This document shows positions 1 to 14,382 of a DNA stretch of 64,000 bases, piece after piece. The translations under genes were made by a program, and so were the position numbers. Source of the stretch: Ascidiella aspersa (Eukaryota); assembly GCA_963924565.1 (NCBI GenBank), contig OZ004612.1, positions 16,802,001 to 16,866,000 of the forward strand. The letters run 5' to 3'. The notes under the pieces were generated by a model. That model saw only the letters and a list, made by a program, of their open reading frames with translations, had not been told where the DNA came from and did no database searches. The first letter of the stretch is position 1, and every line of letters starts with the position of its first letter.

Positions 1-896
1 TACAAAACAATTAAGTTTAGGAAATATGCTATTGTGCGCAAATGTGAACTTAAGTTGGCGCGATGCGTGAAAAAATTGCCTATATTTTGCTAAAAACACG
101 AAACTGTACTTAAATGTGTGCGGTCGTGACGTGTTACATACAGAAAACATATACGCACATCGCTCGATAATAACTTTTAGCCATTAATCAACTTGTGGAA
201 CCAATAAACTAACTTGTAAGGCTCAAATGCATATAAGTGCTCCATGTTGTTTATTACGACAGCATTATGTTGTTTTCAATAAAATGTGGTTAGACTATCT
301 TTCTTAATACATATCGATAGGTATATTTGCATGTGCAGTTTTTATTAAGGATAATTGAGTTTAAGTGGCGGTTAAAGGGGTCCACGGGATGAAAAATGTG
401 AAACAACTTCCCTAACAGACATTAATATTTCGAGCTTGATGTGAAGCATGTCAAGCGGTAACGACCGAAATATATCTTCATAAACAAAGGCTACAGTTTC
501 TCCTGGTGTACCACCGTTCCTTAGAGAAACCCTTATAAAATGACGAACATAAAGTCGGCCCAATCTCGTTAACAAGGTTTTAAGCTTGACGAGTACTTTA
601 GAGGAGGGTGTGTGTTTGTTTTCCTGACTCAACGACCCTATGCTGACTTTGAGGTCGAACGCCCATACTCTCGATGAGAACGTAAGGCTACATCGCGCTT
701 AATTTGACATATTTTCTTTTAAATTGAGTACAGAACGGTAAGCAATTCTTCAATTAACAACAACAATCGCATTTAATGTTATTTAAATCATTTTGCTTTT
801 TACATATTGTGACACAATGTAATCCATTCAGCATAAGTTTTATGGCAACTAGTCAACAAATACAAGACAGAGCTGATTAAGGCTAAATGACCTTAC

Positions 897-1002
897 CTGT
901 GACCAGATTCATGTGCCACTGTGAAGGCCAGTCCAAGTCCCATATCTTCGTTGATCGTGCAGCTGTCGCGGTAGGAGCACATACCTCCAATCTGCGCTAG
1001 AC
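897..1002 (-). CDS. ADAMTS16/18: ADAMTS16/18-like exon 8 (zinc-binding HExxH); gene continues beyond window start
   Basis: [35 protein letters not shown]; the HESGH variant is characteristic of ADAMTS16/18; acgcag / gtaagg. Confidence 0.95.
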
Positions 1003-1971
1003 CTGCGTACAAAACCACAATTGCTTTCCAATGCGACTTCTGGCATAACGAAAACACATATTTAAGTGTAATGTATTTGCAATGTTGTGTAATCGCTTAC
1101 GACAAAATGTACACCGTGCCAACAGTGTGCCAGTAGTACGTGTTTTTAGTTTTGCAGATTGCAGTCAATGCGTGCCAGCATTCCGGCGCAAACCACGAGA
1201 GTTCGCGCCGCGAGATCGTGGACCTCCCGGGCAGTTCACAGCGGACATTCATTTTGACGCCACCGTCGGTTTCCTCAAGTTGAAAATCAATTTCGCGAGC
1301 GACCTCGGAAGGTTATTCCTTACATGTTTTAAAGCTTTTGGAAACATGGCCATTTATTGCTGGAGGCCTTTAAAAATATTGAGCTGATGTTTAACTGACT
1401 GTTGTTTTTGTGCAAACTAAATAACGTGCTACAGTGAGAAAAAATTATTGTGACACAATTTATTCTGACATACTCTATCGATTAAAACCAAACCAAGGTT
1501 AAAACTTAAAACTTAAACTTGAAACTGTATAAACAAAATTCAAACTTGTTTAGTAAATCTATTAAGAAACGGTTTTACATACAATAATTAAAACGCCGCG
1601 CGTATGCAGGTCGAAGTCTACAGCAGGTTGTTTGTGTCAAAACTGTTAGCGGCGGCAATACCTGCCAAATAAACTTACCGAATCGAATTGCTAGAATTGT
1701 CTTAAAGCCGTAATAACATTCAACAGCAACTACGCTTTATCGTGTGCTTCAGCAAAATTTGTTAATACGGTGAGACTCACGCTACTCATTGTCAACAACA
1801 AATTAGTTGTTTTTTCAAAATAACTGTTGCTCAGCAAGTTAATTACGGTAAAACAACTCTAGATCGCGCTGCACATTGTCAATGGTTTTATCCATATGTC
1901 ATAAATAAAGAACGTCCGAAATATTGCGGGGGCGGCCACATGAAAAAACAAACGGCTACGATACACCTTAC

Positions 1972-2128
1972 CGAGTGTTTCACATGGGCTGTTCTTGTTG
2001 ACACAGATATCAATGCCCGTCAAAAGAATTGAGTGATCGGGGCGACGGCCGTCGCTGTAGTTCAGTCCGGATTGCCATAGACAAAAGTTGTTTAAAGACA
2101 CATCAGCCTTGTGTTTGAGAGTCAGTTC
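1972..2128 (-). CDS. ADAMTS16/18: ADAMTS16/18-like exon 7 (catalytic domain)
   Basis: ELTLKHKADVSLNNFCLWQ...DHSILLTGIDICVNKNSPCETL-G; tcacag / gtaagg. Confidence 0.95.
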
Positions 2129-2868
2129 CTGTGACACAAGAAACGCTTTTTCATGTAGGAAACTCCTCTGTACGGGTGGCAAAGGCACATTGGGCAAGAT
2201 CGTATCTCAAAGCCTTTTCTGTGTTCGAAAATGAGTTAAAAAAGCTGTCTCTCAAGCGGTTCTACGAACGATGAAACGAAATTGCGGGATACAGTCGTAT
2301 ACTCTTTGAATATATGTCTACAATAGTATAATATTTCTGTTAGTCATGAAATGGTCGTCACAGTTTTATCCTCCCCAAAATGCGACTAATGTGATTGCAG
2401 CCAACCAGAAACTGCATTTAAGTTTCGTCTGGTTAATATTTATACATTTACGAAAAATAACGGCCGATCAAAACAAGCAAAAGTCGGGTCAAACAATCGG
2501 GTAATTGTTCGTGTTCAGTGACAATGCGTTAATTATTCGGCCAAACGTGAACCCCACACTCGATTAAACAATTAATCGTCTCGAGTGTTTGCTTATAGCC
2601 CAAAACGTCGCTGAGTCGACTTCAGGCGCGATGCGCAGTTAAAGCTTGTTTCAATATTGTCACACCTGTTGGTGTGATCATCTAGCCTTTAAAGCTTAAC
2701 GTGCGGTCGGTCACTGTGGCTTGGCTATACCTTCATGACGTAAAACAACTCATTTTTGGATTCTGCTCGTAATCTGACATAGATGCAGGCGGCAATTTGT
2801 GGCGTGGTGAGAAAAGATAAAACACAGACACAGGCAAGCATTGTTCTTCTTCGCATTGTTGTTCTTAC

Positions 2869-2952
2869 CTCATTTTCTTCCATTAACATCAATCCGACTA
2901 ATACAACGTTGACTTGACCGTCCAGTGTTCGGTCGGAAAACAATCCAGACAC
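2869..2952 (-). CDS. ADAMTS16/18: ADAMTS16/18-like exon 6 (catalytic domain)
   Basis: VSGLFSDRTLDGQVNVVLVGLMLMEENE; ctgtag / gtaaga; 84 nt. Confidence 0.93.
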
Positions 2953-4989
2953 CTACAGCAAGGTAAATAGTATTTATAGTGTTTTGAATTAGGGGTCTAA
3001 TCAAGTTGTTGTAGGGGTATGTAAAACAAACACACTCTCTGCAACTGCGTTGAAACGCCGCCACACATTAGTAAGTTCATACAATGCTAAACAGAATAAA
3101 ACATTTGCCCTATGCGATGTTGACTGCCTTATCTGTTATCAGGCTAAGTGCGTTGACCCTTTCCTAAAACAATGTATGTCGTAATGAACTCATAGTAACG
3201 GGTGGCTCTAAGTGGCGTGAAAAAGATTAAACGCATTCTTTGTGCGATGTCTCTTGCATGTTAATTGTGTTTGTTTTTGAATATTCTTTTTCAGCTAGAC
3301 AGTGAAATATACCAAACTACGTGATCAGCAACAAAAAACTATTCGAACATTTGATTGTTCTGTAATTTTATCAATGTAAGATGGTATGAAACTCTAGTAA
3401 CAAGGTAGTGGACAACGGAGTTGTGTCTGTGACTTTTTAGGGTCAATAAAGGTTTGTTTAACTGGCGTATTAAAATGTGAATCGCCTTATGGAAAGGTTG
3501 TATACACACGCGGTGTTTGTACAGGCGGCACTCAATTGGGGAAATTAAACATATTGTGTCTGAATTTAATGCTGGCTCAATGCCCGATAAACGATGGCGT
3601 CGCTTTTATCGTGTTCCCTGCACAAATGAAACGCGCGTTTTGTTATGATACACTGCAGACTACACATATCAGCCCATCACAGAATGCGGCCTGATGCGCT
3701 CAAGACAGTCCGCAACAATTAGGATTATAGATAGAGTGGAAGAAAGTTTACATATACCGCCGGGTTAACTGGAAATATTACGTTGAATTAAACAAACGTA
3801 GACAGACTTAATCTGCATGCTTTTCTGTAGGCTTTGATTGACAAGCAAACAAGCTTGTCTCCTAAAAAACGTAAATATTCAAAAGGCACAGTTCCACACT
3901 TGTTTTTTGGTATAGGATGATGCATATAAGCGAACACCAGGTAAACGTAGGCTTAAAACAAAAAATCCAAAAAAACAATTGGGGCCCAGTAAACGCGTAA
4001 CGGTTTGACATGATCGTAAGCAAGCAGGTACCAAAATTGAGCATATTTTCCTAATAAACAAAACTACCACACGCCGTTCAATTACGTAATTCATAAAATT
4101 GCAGTCAGGCGCTCTTTTGTGGTGACACGGTTGTGCAATGATTGTCAGCGACCCGTTTTAAATTTCGACAGATCAAAGCGACGCATCATTATTCTTGACT
4201 ATAAACCTCCCAAGAAATTACGATTCAAAATGAGTTATGACAGCCAATGATAGGTGCGTCGTATTGGCGCTCGCCGAACCGAAACTAGATCGACAGCGAC
4301 TTGGTCGTCTCCGGTTATGGTTTACCTCGTCCGAAAACGTACCATATACATAAAATCGCCCATGACAAAGCTGCAAAGCGACCCAGAAAAGTGTAGCGCC
4401 GAACATTGTCGTCGCCGGTGGTCCCTGGTTTTTGGCGCTGGAAAGAAGTTCAACTCACTCGCGCTATATATATATAGCGAGTTGCCAAGCCAGCCACACA
4501 CACATTTAATAAAGGCGACTTTCTTCGCTATTCGACGTAAAGTAAAGAAGGGCCGGTAAGACTTTAAAGAAAATTTTGTTGGGTACAAGAGAATTGAGCA
4601 CCTGTGAGCTAGAGAGCGTAATCAATTAAGGGAGACATACGTGTTACAAAACGCGCCGGTGTTTACTAAACATGTATTTGGGTCACATCGCTATAGGGGT
4701 AGGACATCGGTCAAAACATTTTTTTTAGTTTTGCGTACCAAACAGGAGTCTCTCTTCTGTAAGGTTATCACTCTGCATTGGCGGAAACCAACTGTGGTTT
4801 ACCAATTACGAACTCAATAACGGATACGGTATCTGGATACATTACGGTATCCATGGTTATATAAATTGGTGGAACATATTTATCTTTTAAGTAAAACAAA
4901 TGTGGAAGTCTTGTTATACGACACATAATACTGCCAGGAGCAGCACTCTGCAGATTTATTTTCGTAACGAATTATTACCAGAAGCTCAC

Positions 4990-5306
4990 CATGTTCATGA
5001 CCGTTAACACGTATGTCGTAATATCTCGGTGATCCCGTTGGTGATTAAGGATCATGTCGCGGTCGGCGACGACAAGCGTTTCCACATTTTTGTCCGATGC
5101 CGATCGTCTTTCGGTATTCGCCAGTTTGCGGCTAATGCCATTTAGCGAAGCGGCGAGACCTCGTCGGTCCTGATGGCCAGTCGACCTTCTGCGTCGGTTA
5201 GACCTCGACAGCCCGTCTAGAAGATCATCTTCCTCGAGTTCGATCTCGCCGTTCGAGAGCAACTTGAGCTTTTTTGGGGAAGAGGTTTTGGGAATGGCAA
5301 CCGGAT
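4990..5306 (-). CDS. ADAMTS16/18: ADAMTS16/18-like exon 5 (furin site and start of catalytic domain)
   Basis: ...RSNRRRRS...ERRSASDKNVETLVVADRDM...ITTYVLTVMNM; ccgcag / gtgagc; phase 1 to 0. Confidence 0.93.
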
Positions 5307-8300
5307 CTGCGGAATGAAGTGGGACGTTAAACCCTTAATCTTGCATCTTGCCTACCCTGGAAAATCATAATGGGCGTTACGATCTTGCGTTTGGGGACCT
5401 GATTTTAGTTTATTTTAGTATTGGGCTTCTTAAGTTGTTGATCCAGCTAACATGATTGCATTAAAAAAATATATATATTTATATATTTTAAATTATTTAT
5501 GGTGAATAACAGTTTTACGTTATGTAGTCTATACTATAACTGTTAGAGTGTTACATTCAAATGTAGCTGAACAAAGGCATGGGTTTCAACAACGAAGAAA
5601 CATATAGTCATATTTATTTCCAAATGTATCGCGGATGTTTGATTTGAAAATGAGGCTCTTGGTCTTTAAAAAGTTGGTCCCCTTATGCTAACTTAGTGCA
5701 TTGCCGAAACCCAAGAGGCATAAATTTAGATCCGAGGTTGAATTGGTATAAAATCTCGTTGGACCTTAAAAACAGGCAATGGCACGCGCATGGCTTATCT
5801 GTGACAATAGTGTCTTTAAAGGTTGTGGAAGCTGGATTTCCGAACAGAGCCGTAGCCCTTGGCATTCCGTGGAACATTTTCGATCCTAAGAATTACCGTT
5901 TTTTAACTGTTAGTCGCATTGCTGTTCACACGCATCACTATGAACGAATATTGGTTAGCACGTTATATAGTATTGATAGTAAAAATCACAACGGATTAAA
6001 TGTACTCGAATATGGTTTAATAGCGGTGACATTTTTTTCTTAAAACCAGACCATAAATTTGGCTAAGAACATATTTTTTTTATAATATATTATTTTTTAT
6101 TAGGGCACATTGTGGCTGTTCTATGCCATTTAATCCTCAAAGAATCTTGTTTGAAAACTACGACGAAAACGCCAATTAAAATCAAGACCATCTCCGAGGG
6201 AATTCGCACAGCGCTTACTCGATAACGAAACCCATCATTTCAAGTTGAAAATATACCACACATTAAATCCGTTGCTAAGGCAACATTTACTCGAGCTCCA
6301 TTATAACACAACCGGCCGTCATTGTTGGGATTGGGTTTTACAAACAATACCACTACGTTGGTCTAAGTGGATCGATCATACACCAATACTGCGCGGCAAT
6401 GGCCAAAGCTGCGGTTGTTTTTAAAACCGTTTTAGTACGACGTGTGCGATGGGATGCTCCAAGTGGTTAAACTCTGATAAAAGAAATCGCTTTTTTGTCT
6501 TCTCACGCGATCCAAGCATATTCGCGTTGATGTTGTTGTAGTTTAATTAGATAAGGAGTCGGGAATAAAATGATCCCCAAGACAGATACTTGATTTTTTA
6601 CGATTTTTTTTTAAAGAACATTTTTGAGGTCGATATCGTGGATGGCTCTAATTTAAAAAGTCAATCACCTTCAAGTTTAACTTAAAGAGTTCTTGATTGT
6701 AATATTTTAAATTAACGCTCCACAAATGTTAACTTATACTTATCATTAAGCACCGTAAACCACTATTAAAGACGCTTTATTTTTTATTTTCAGTCGTATA
6801 TGTCGCTTTTTGATCAAATTGAAATACTTTAACACCGACCGACACCATTGGCACAAATGACGTAATTACAAAATAGCGGCGCGCGAGTAAGTGAATTATC
6901 AAGGGGCGCCTACGAGTGAAAGAAGTTTCCGGTGTCCAAGTTTTCCTAACTGTTGACTCTCTGCCCTGGGCCGAAAGCGCTGGATGACACTCGATCGTTT
7001 ACCGCGGGCCACTCGATTCTTTTGTTCCTCTCTCGCTTTGTTTATGATCGCGGAGCCCGGCGGCTTTACAAGGGGCTCCTGTTCGGGCGGCAGTCAACTC
7101 AAAGCTCATGCTGTAGATTGCTCTTCGGCAGACGCGAGATGCCAAGCTCACCGGGTCGCAAAGGAAATAATATTGCTGAGGCGTCAAAACAAAACGAGTT
7201 GCCCTTTCTAGTGCGAAGACTAACTTCTGCACACATTTTCACAATAGCCAGTTTTCGTTTAGTATGCATATTGAATGAGATTAATATTTGCCTATACATT
7301 TCACACACACTGTAGTAACACACAGCAACTTTTAAAGTGTATTTTTTTTTTCATAAAAAAATTTGGCTGAAATTATCAAACCCATAAAACTTCTAACATG
7401 CACGTTGGCGTAGTCATTTTTTGTTCATCTTGTAATTTATTTATTTCAACAAGGAAACTCAAACTAGCAAAGCAAATAAGGGCTAACGCGAAAATAGCCT
7501 TAGAGTATAAATGTCGATGACTGGTCGTCGGCTTTGTTAAATCGTATTCCGTGAATAAGACCCTGGATTGTAATTGATTAGTACGACAGGAACTAGAGAA
7601 AGCGAATATATTTAATGATTCACTTGTAATAAAGATCTGGTTAAGTTTCAAACGTAACTCGAAACATAGATGACTTAAAAAGCGCCGCCGATGACATCAT
7701 CAAGAAAACAGCTAACGCCAATTCACGTAGCGAGAATGCTTGATTGCACGTGAGAGACATGCGAACGGAATGTATTCCGATAAGGTTACCAGCGTGTATT
7801 GCGCTCCATTAGGAATTTTGCTTACGTTGAGCGTAAGTAGCGGATGTCGTTGGAAGCCGGAGGGCCATAATTCCACGTCGGGACGAGCCAGCGCGTTTGT
7901 CTCGCCGACTTTCGATCTCGAATTAGCCGAAGGTCACACGCTACCGCTCCGTTGCCTGTCGCGCAGCTAAGGTCAACAATCCGCGTGTTTTTATAGCGTG
8001 CCATCGTCAACGACATCTCAGACTGAATTGGGCAAAGATAAAACAATATTCGAATCGAGATTGCCCGCAAGGAAAGCCCAAACTGTAGCGTAACAAAAAC
8101 TTATGAATCGCTATATAAACCTCGGCTGGGTCAAAGCGCAATAGTTTTTGCGGCCAACTTTGCTACTCAGGTTTCTTACGTCATCGTGGAGACGCATAGT
8201 TGGCGTCAGATCAGTGAAGCGTGGGAAGTGCGACAGACAAGGGTCCGTCAATGGGATGGCTATTTAGTAACAATTGGCACGACAAAGGCCAATGCGCGAC

Positions 8301-9751
8301 GCGATAACCGTGAGACACCAGCTTTAAGTTTAACTTCCGCCACTGGAAGATGACAAACATGTTGATTCGGATTTGAATCAAGAGGTATCTTGAGAATTTG
8401 TGATAGGGTTCAATAACCCTAAGGGTTAATCTCGCAATATAGTCAAATACCTTTAATTAAAAGGAAACGCTTCTGAAGCAGCAATATTTAACGTTAATTG
8501 GTATTGTGTGTGAAAAGCTGTTTAGCCCCTAGAAGGGAAATCAGTCGTCGACTGGTTTCAGAGAAGTGTTATCTGGAGTGCATCGTCACATTAAATTGCA
8601 ACCCTCCGTTAGACCCACTTAGCGACCAGCCTCTTTAAACATCTGTTTTTCTCGAGCGCTGGACTCCAGTACTCCAACTTATACTATAAAATTGAGACGG
8701 ACAATTTGCACAATTAAGGCACTTGAATCATTAACACCTCGACCACAAGTGCTACGTGGTCAGATGGGAAACAGGTAACTTCGCGCTTCTCGTTTTAATC
8801 GCCACCCTTTGGTTGCTTCCGATTTACAGAGCCAATTCGACTTAATAATAAGCGCGAACATGCGATGAAAAACCTCTTCTGTGGCAGTTGCTTAACTAAT
8901 CGCCACATTGTAATTTGAGCCTAGCCTTGAAACGCGCAATTTGATGCAATACCCTGGCAATTAGACCGAGCTATTACGCCCCAGCTCCGCACAAAGTGTC
9001 TTTATCATGGTCATCTTAAACCTCCGCCCATCAAGCTAAATTGCTCCGTCACCAAACCACTAACGGTGGTGCTTATTTCGGCTAGATCACTGCAGGAAAG
9101 AAGTTTTTAAATCACTTGACGGTAATTTCCAACTGGCGATTAAGCATTTATCCCTATTTTGAAACAATTTTTATCGGTTGATATAGTTGTCAGTTATCAG
9201 TGCAAACACTGATACTTGATTAAACTACGTTATGTCAACCAAACAACGTGCCTAGCAATTAGTCAAATTGACCGTGACAATAAAACGAACACCCGACTGG
9301 TTTATTTATTTTACTCCGTTGGTGAATGACACGTATTACAGGAGGCTATACGTGGCAATTATCGTTCGCTACAGTTTCAAAAACACCCTAATTTGGTTTC
9401 TGTAAACAAAAACAGGGATTTACCAATTTTATCTGGGCCAACCACCTTTACACGAACACAAGACTTTCCGCTAATTTACTGAAGAACACTATTTTGCGAC
9501 CAACGGTTGAAAATATCTGATTTTCAACTTGGTCCAGTTTCTGCAATTATTCTACTTAAACATTGATGACCACCGTGATTGTTATCTTATCGTACTATAA
9601 GCACGTAACTCTTCGGTTTATGCTGGAGTAGCGCAAATGGTAATTTACGATGGTTCCAAAGTGTGACAACGGTTTTGTTTTGAGCAAACCTCGGCCTAAT
9701 AAAGCGAAGTAAATATACGTCGGTTTGTTTTGGTTTGACGCAATAACTTAC

Positions 9752-9917
9752 GCTGACGCTTCTTGCCGCAGTAATGCAAGCGGTGCTTGCGGCCGCGCCC
9801 TAAGTGACGCCTCTTGTAGATAACATGAGGGTGCTGGGGGGAGGGAAAAGTGTGATTGACGTGAGTATGAACCGGTTCCATCAGAATATCGTCTTCTTTT
9901 GTCCTTAAAAGTCCGGT
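9752..9917 (-). CDS. ADAMTS16/18: ADAMTS16/18-like exon 4 (propeptide)
   Basis: TGLLRTKEDDILMEPV...HPHVIYKR...HYCGKKRQ; ttgcag / gtaagt; phase 0 to 1. Confidence 0.92.
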
Positions 9918-12499
9918 CTGCAAACAAATAACACTTTGTTATTTATACCATCTCATGAACAACCGATTAAAAGATGTCCCATGTGAAGTTCAGCGTTTGG
10001 TTGGCTGAAGTGATTAAAGTTTTGTCAAGTGTTCTTTTAATATAGGGAGATTTGCTTGGACACAAATAGTAGCAGGCGTATAGAATTATTGTTTCATTTA
10101 AAGAAAAATAGTAAAAGGGCGTGTGTGTTGACTTACCTGTGGAAAACGTAAATAAAAGCAGCGCGTTTCCTTGTCATTATTTCTAAATTAAGCTTATATA
10201 CCGTGTACAGGTCCCGTGTTACCACCAAGTTACCATAAACATGTATTTTATTGTACTTTCGTCTAGTCATACATTAAAGACAGCGCTGGAACGCAAGCAG
10301 GTGTTTCCTTTCGAAAGGATAGAAACCCAGCGAGGTCCTAATCCACATTACAAAAGCATCAAAGCACTTTGCCATAAGCTGGCATCTTACCTGGGCTCAG
10401 TTGGTGTGCTTTGTGTGGACTGTGTGGAGGCCCAGAACCGCAACGCGAATTTACGGTTAGAGCTCAATTGAACCTTATACTAGGCGGCCTAAATCAGAAC
10501 ACGCTAATTGAAATTCTGGAGCAATAATAGATAAATCTAGTGTTTCCAAATTTCTTAGCTTAAAATCGGGACGCTTTCGAACAATCAGCAAATCTGAGAT
10601 TATTTTTAATGGGCATGCCATTACTTCACAAAAATAAACGGCACTTTTGTTTTCTCATTTTGGATATTGCTATGGGATTATGCCTTTTACTTTCGTCTGC
10701 TAGGGGTAGGCCTACATCGAGTTTTCAAAATAAACAAGGCGGTCTAATAAGACATGGGCAAACGTGCAACATTTTATACAAACTTTAGGCTAGCCTATAT
10801 ATATAAAATCCATATTTTTATTGACGTTTTTGTTTAGGTAAGTATATGAAGTATAAAGTATAACTCTTGAAACAAAAGTGGTGAACCGTTAAAAAAATGC
10901 GAGTGCGAAATGACAGGCGAAAAACACGCTACACCTGGCCTTAAAATATCACGAGTAAACATTGACGCAAGCGAGATCAAGAAAACGTTCGAAGAATTTT
11001 TTATGTGCCGTGATCCACCGCTGCTGGCATCAATACACAAGTCGCGTTAAGGTCAATATTTGAAGTGGCAAACACTTCCATCACCGGAAACTGATGCCTT
11101 GATTGTTTGGGAATGCTCTGCAAGCAACGAATCTAGGCTTTGTGAATTTGCCATTATAATAATATCAATGGTTTCACTCTGACTGCGCGCCAATGCTGTT
11201 TGCGGGGATAAGAATAAGCAAATTTAGTTTCTCAAAGGCTTACTATCGACAATTTATGGATTATATCAGTTAGCAATAAAGCAATCGTGCTGGTATATTT
11301 AAACAGAGCGTTGTTTATGTAAGAAATATGAAGCGGCTAGCAAATGATTTCAAGCCAGATTTTTACGAAAGATTAATTTTGTTGGTCGATAACTGAACGA
11401 AAAAGCGCTTATTAATTATGGACATCAAATTAGCGTATGCCTTTTCGCTTGTCTTTTGTTCGTAAAATGCGATCTTTATCGAAAGGATTCCGATAACATA
11501 TTATGTTTCGTCTGATTTAATGACAAAAACCGGCGCTGTTCAATAGCAACTGGACTTGGGTGGAGAGCGTGCCCAAAGATAATGATCAGAAATGAGATGT
11601 AATCGTTCTCCGACGAAATCTCGTTTGATAATATCAACGTTAGACTCAGATTTGAATTTTATTTGTTGTTCATTTAATGAGCAGTAGTTGATTTTGGCTA
11701 ATTTTAGCTAAACAATCTTCCTGGCAAGCTAGAGAAATATTATATATACATAAGCCAATATACGTCTTAATCGTCTTCGTCTTTAGTGTGAATATAAACT
11801 GGGTAATCGCTTTATTTACAGTAAACTGGAGTTTAAGCCCGCGTCGCGGTCACTTTTCACATATAGATGTCTGTTAGCAACATTGCAAGCTTCCTATAGT
11901 TGCACAACCATAAGCCGATGTGATGTTGGTAAATACAAAACTATCTATACACTCTATACTTAGATCAACATACAAACTTACGAAATAAAATAATCTTAAT
12001 ACTTAAAGTCTGAAACGTGTGTCCTCTCTTGTGCCTTTCAAAAGAAGTATTTTAAGGTTGTATGTGACGTCATGTATTTTGCTAAACATTCGTCTTCGCT
12101 CAATTACGTAATCCAGTCAGTAAACAGGCGATGAAGTCACCTAGCAAAAGCCTTTGTAAGAGTTTCTTTTATAGGGAACCTGTTTTCTTAAAAAGAGCTG
12201 TTACGACGGACACCGTCAAAGCTTTATTATGAAACCTGGCCCACTTTCTCTCGTAAACTCGTATCTTTGATTACCAAATTAATTTGCTACAAGAGTTTTT
12301 CGTTTTGCCACCTGCTAGGTTGACTGTTTTGTGTACATGTCGTAATATTGCTTAATCTCGACACCTCCTTGTAATATATATTTTTTCAACGTGCGGTGAT
12401 CAAGTGACTCTTCGCGACCTTTTATTTTGCAGAACACCTTTATCCAGTGGTTTATGCCGCAGTGTAGCTAATGACAAATGGCCTAACAAACCGTTAAAA

Positions 12500-12798
12500 C
12501 AGGGATACTGTGTGCCGAGGCCCACCAGCGTTCCTCGACAGATTGCCAAGTGTGCTGCCTAAAAATTTTTATCTTAGAAAATAAAATATGTGTTTTGCAA
12601 ACACGCATTCAAAAACTATGTTAGACTATAATAAAAACAATCCATTAGAAAACGGATAATATTAAGGCATTGTCCTAATTTGTTTTCATGTATTAGGATC
12701 GATTGTCAAGTTATATAATAGTTGTGTGCAGAAAGTGTACCGAGAATATATTTTGATTTTTTACTGCACCGAAAGCTAAAAAAAATTGAGAATCACTG
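12500..12798. mobile_element. Decayed hAT-type MITE remnant in ADAMTS intron 3
   Basis: Right end ttgagaatcactg resembles the CAGTG-type TIRs seen elsewhere in the window; left end degenerate, no TSD. Confidence 0.4.
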
Positions 12799-14382
12799 AG
12801 AAATTACAGGTTTTAAGGTTTTTGTTGTGGATTTACGGAAAAAATGAACATAACATGTTAATACGTGATACCAAACTATCCCTAATAGGAGAATCAATCC
12901 AATCTAAAGGATTGCATACACTGGTTAAACCGTTAAGGATGGTAGAAATACATGTTCTGAGGTAACACTTTAACACATGATATATTGTATTGCGGTGTGT
13001 CGTTGAAAATTACGCTTCTAATAACCGATTTGTAGGGTGTTAAACTGTTATAGTGAACTCGACGCAAAAATGGAAATAAGTTGAAAGCCATAAAACGGCG
13101 TAAAATCGACCTGCTGGGCTCTGATTGATTACCTTGGGTCGCCCACAAAGCTTTTCTTGTGAATCACTCACTAAGCCGCCAAATAAAGCTCGCAACAATA
13201 CGACAGGGCCGAGAAATAGAAGCTAAGGTCTATCGGCGAAATAATTGGTTGCGGTTCCTGGTTTATTTTAATCTTATTGTTCGCTCCTCCGAGCCATTCT
13301 TATCCTCCCCGCTGCGGCTCCTAGGCATTGATAAAAAAGCATAAACAAACTTCAAAGTTTATTTGTTGAAATAATGTTTTTCCGGAAAAGCGTTTCTTAC
13401 TGGAGAGACGTCGTGTCAACATAATCACATATACATCGTTTTAGTAGGATATTAAGGTTTATGTTTTGTGTTTATTTTGGTTAAGTTTTGATTTTCTGTA
13501 ACCGCGTAGAGTCAAACAATTTTTGACGCCAAACCAATCTCTAACTCCACGCATAATTAAACGGCAAGTCAGCTTTAAACAACAACGGCAACGCTTTCTA
13601 AGTCGGCTAATGATGAGTTACGATAGCAAATTTGTGTTTTCTTGAAGTTTGCCACATTTCAAAGCCGTTTACCTCATCGCAGTGAAAGACAAAACTAAAG
13701 CGCAAGCTGTCAGTGTTATCTTCACGCTTGTAAACTGATGCGCCAGAATTAACCTTGTTAGCGGTGAGTTTCGGCTTGCTCGATTTTAAACTAGATGTCC
13801 GCAAGCAAAGGCAGACCCAGGATTTTAGTTTGGGTGGCAATGGAAATTTTCAGAGATGGCGACTAATCGCATATTTTTACACATGGCGTTTTTAAAATAA
13901 CAAAACCATGGCGTTTTTTAAATAACAAAAGGCAAAAACAATAGTTTGGCCTGGTGACCTCCCTATGGATCCGCCCCTTTTCGTAAGACCGGGACAATTT
14001 ACTGGATTTTGAGAATTGTATGGTAATATACATCAGTAACTAGAAGGAAGCCAATAATTTAGTAAGCGGTATTCGGTTTGCAATCCAGTATTTGGATGAA
14101 ACATGTAAAGTGCCTCTTATGTTTCGCTGCAGAATGGCCTGATAAAAATCTAAAAGTAGAAGTGATCTTGGCACTTTGTCTATAGTCTAGCGCAAAGTTC
14201 CGGTACGCTTTCTGTTCGTGAGAACCGGAGACACTCTTAATGTCACATAGTGCGGCCCTTTTATAATAGCTATCGGCACTGCAATTTGAAATTTAAACAA
14301 ATCGCTTGTAACTATTTCCTCTTGGCTGGCAACCCTATATATCGTGAACTTGAATTGCCACAAAACGCCACCATCAACTCAC

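Noticed and set aside
4462-4479. Perfect palindrome cgctatatatatatagcg
   Set aside because: Mostly a (TA)n run, which is self-complementary by nature.
5675-5695. miR-133-like ttggtcccctt (and miR-92-like tattgcacttg near 52915)
   Set aside because: Only the first 11 nt match; the 3' halves diverge and no proper precursor hairpin is evident.
7826-7966. Extra ADAMTS coding exon (good gtaagc donor, GC-rich, inside ORF 7822..8070)
   Set aside because: Exons 4 and 5 already join in phase. Inclusion gives either a frameshift (acceptor 7955) or an in-frame TAG (acceptor 7966), so it is at most a poison exon, with no support.
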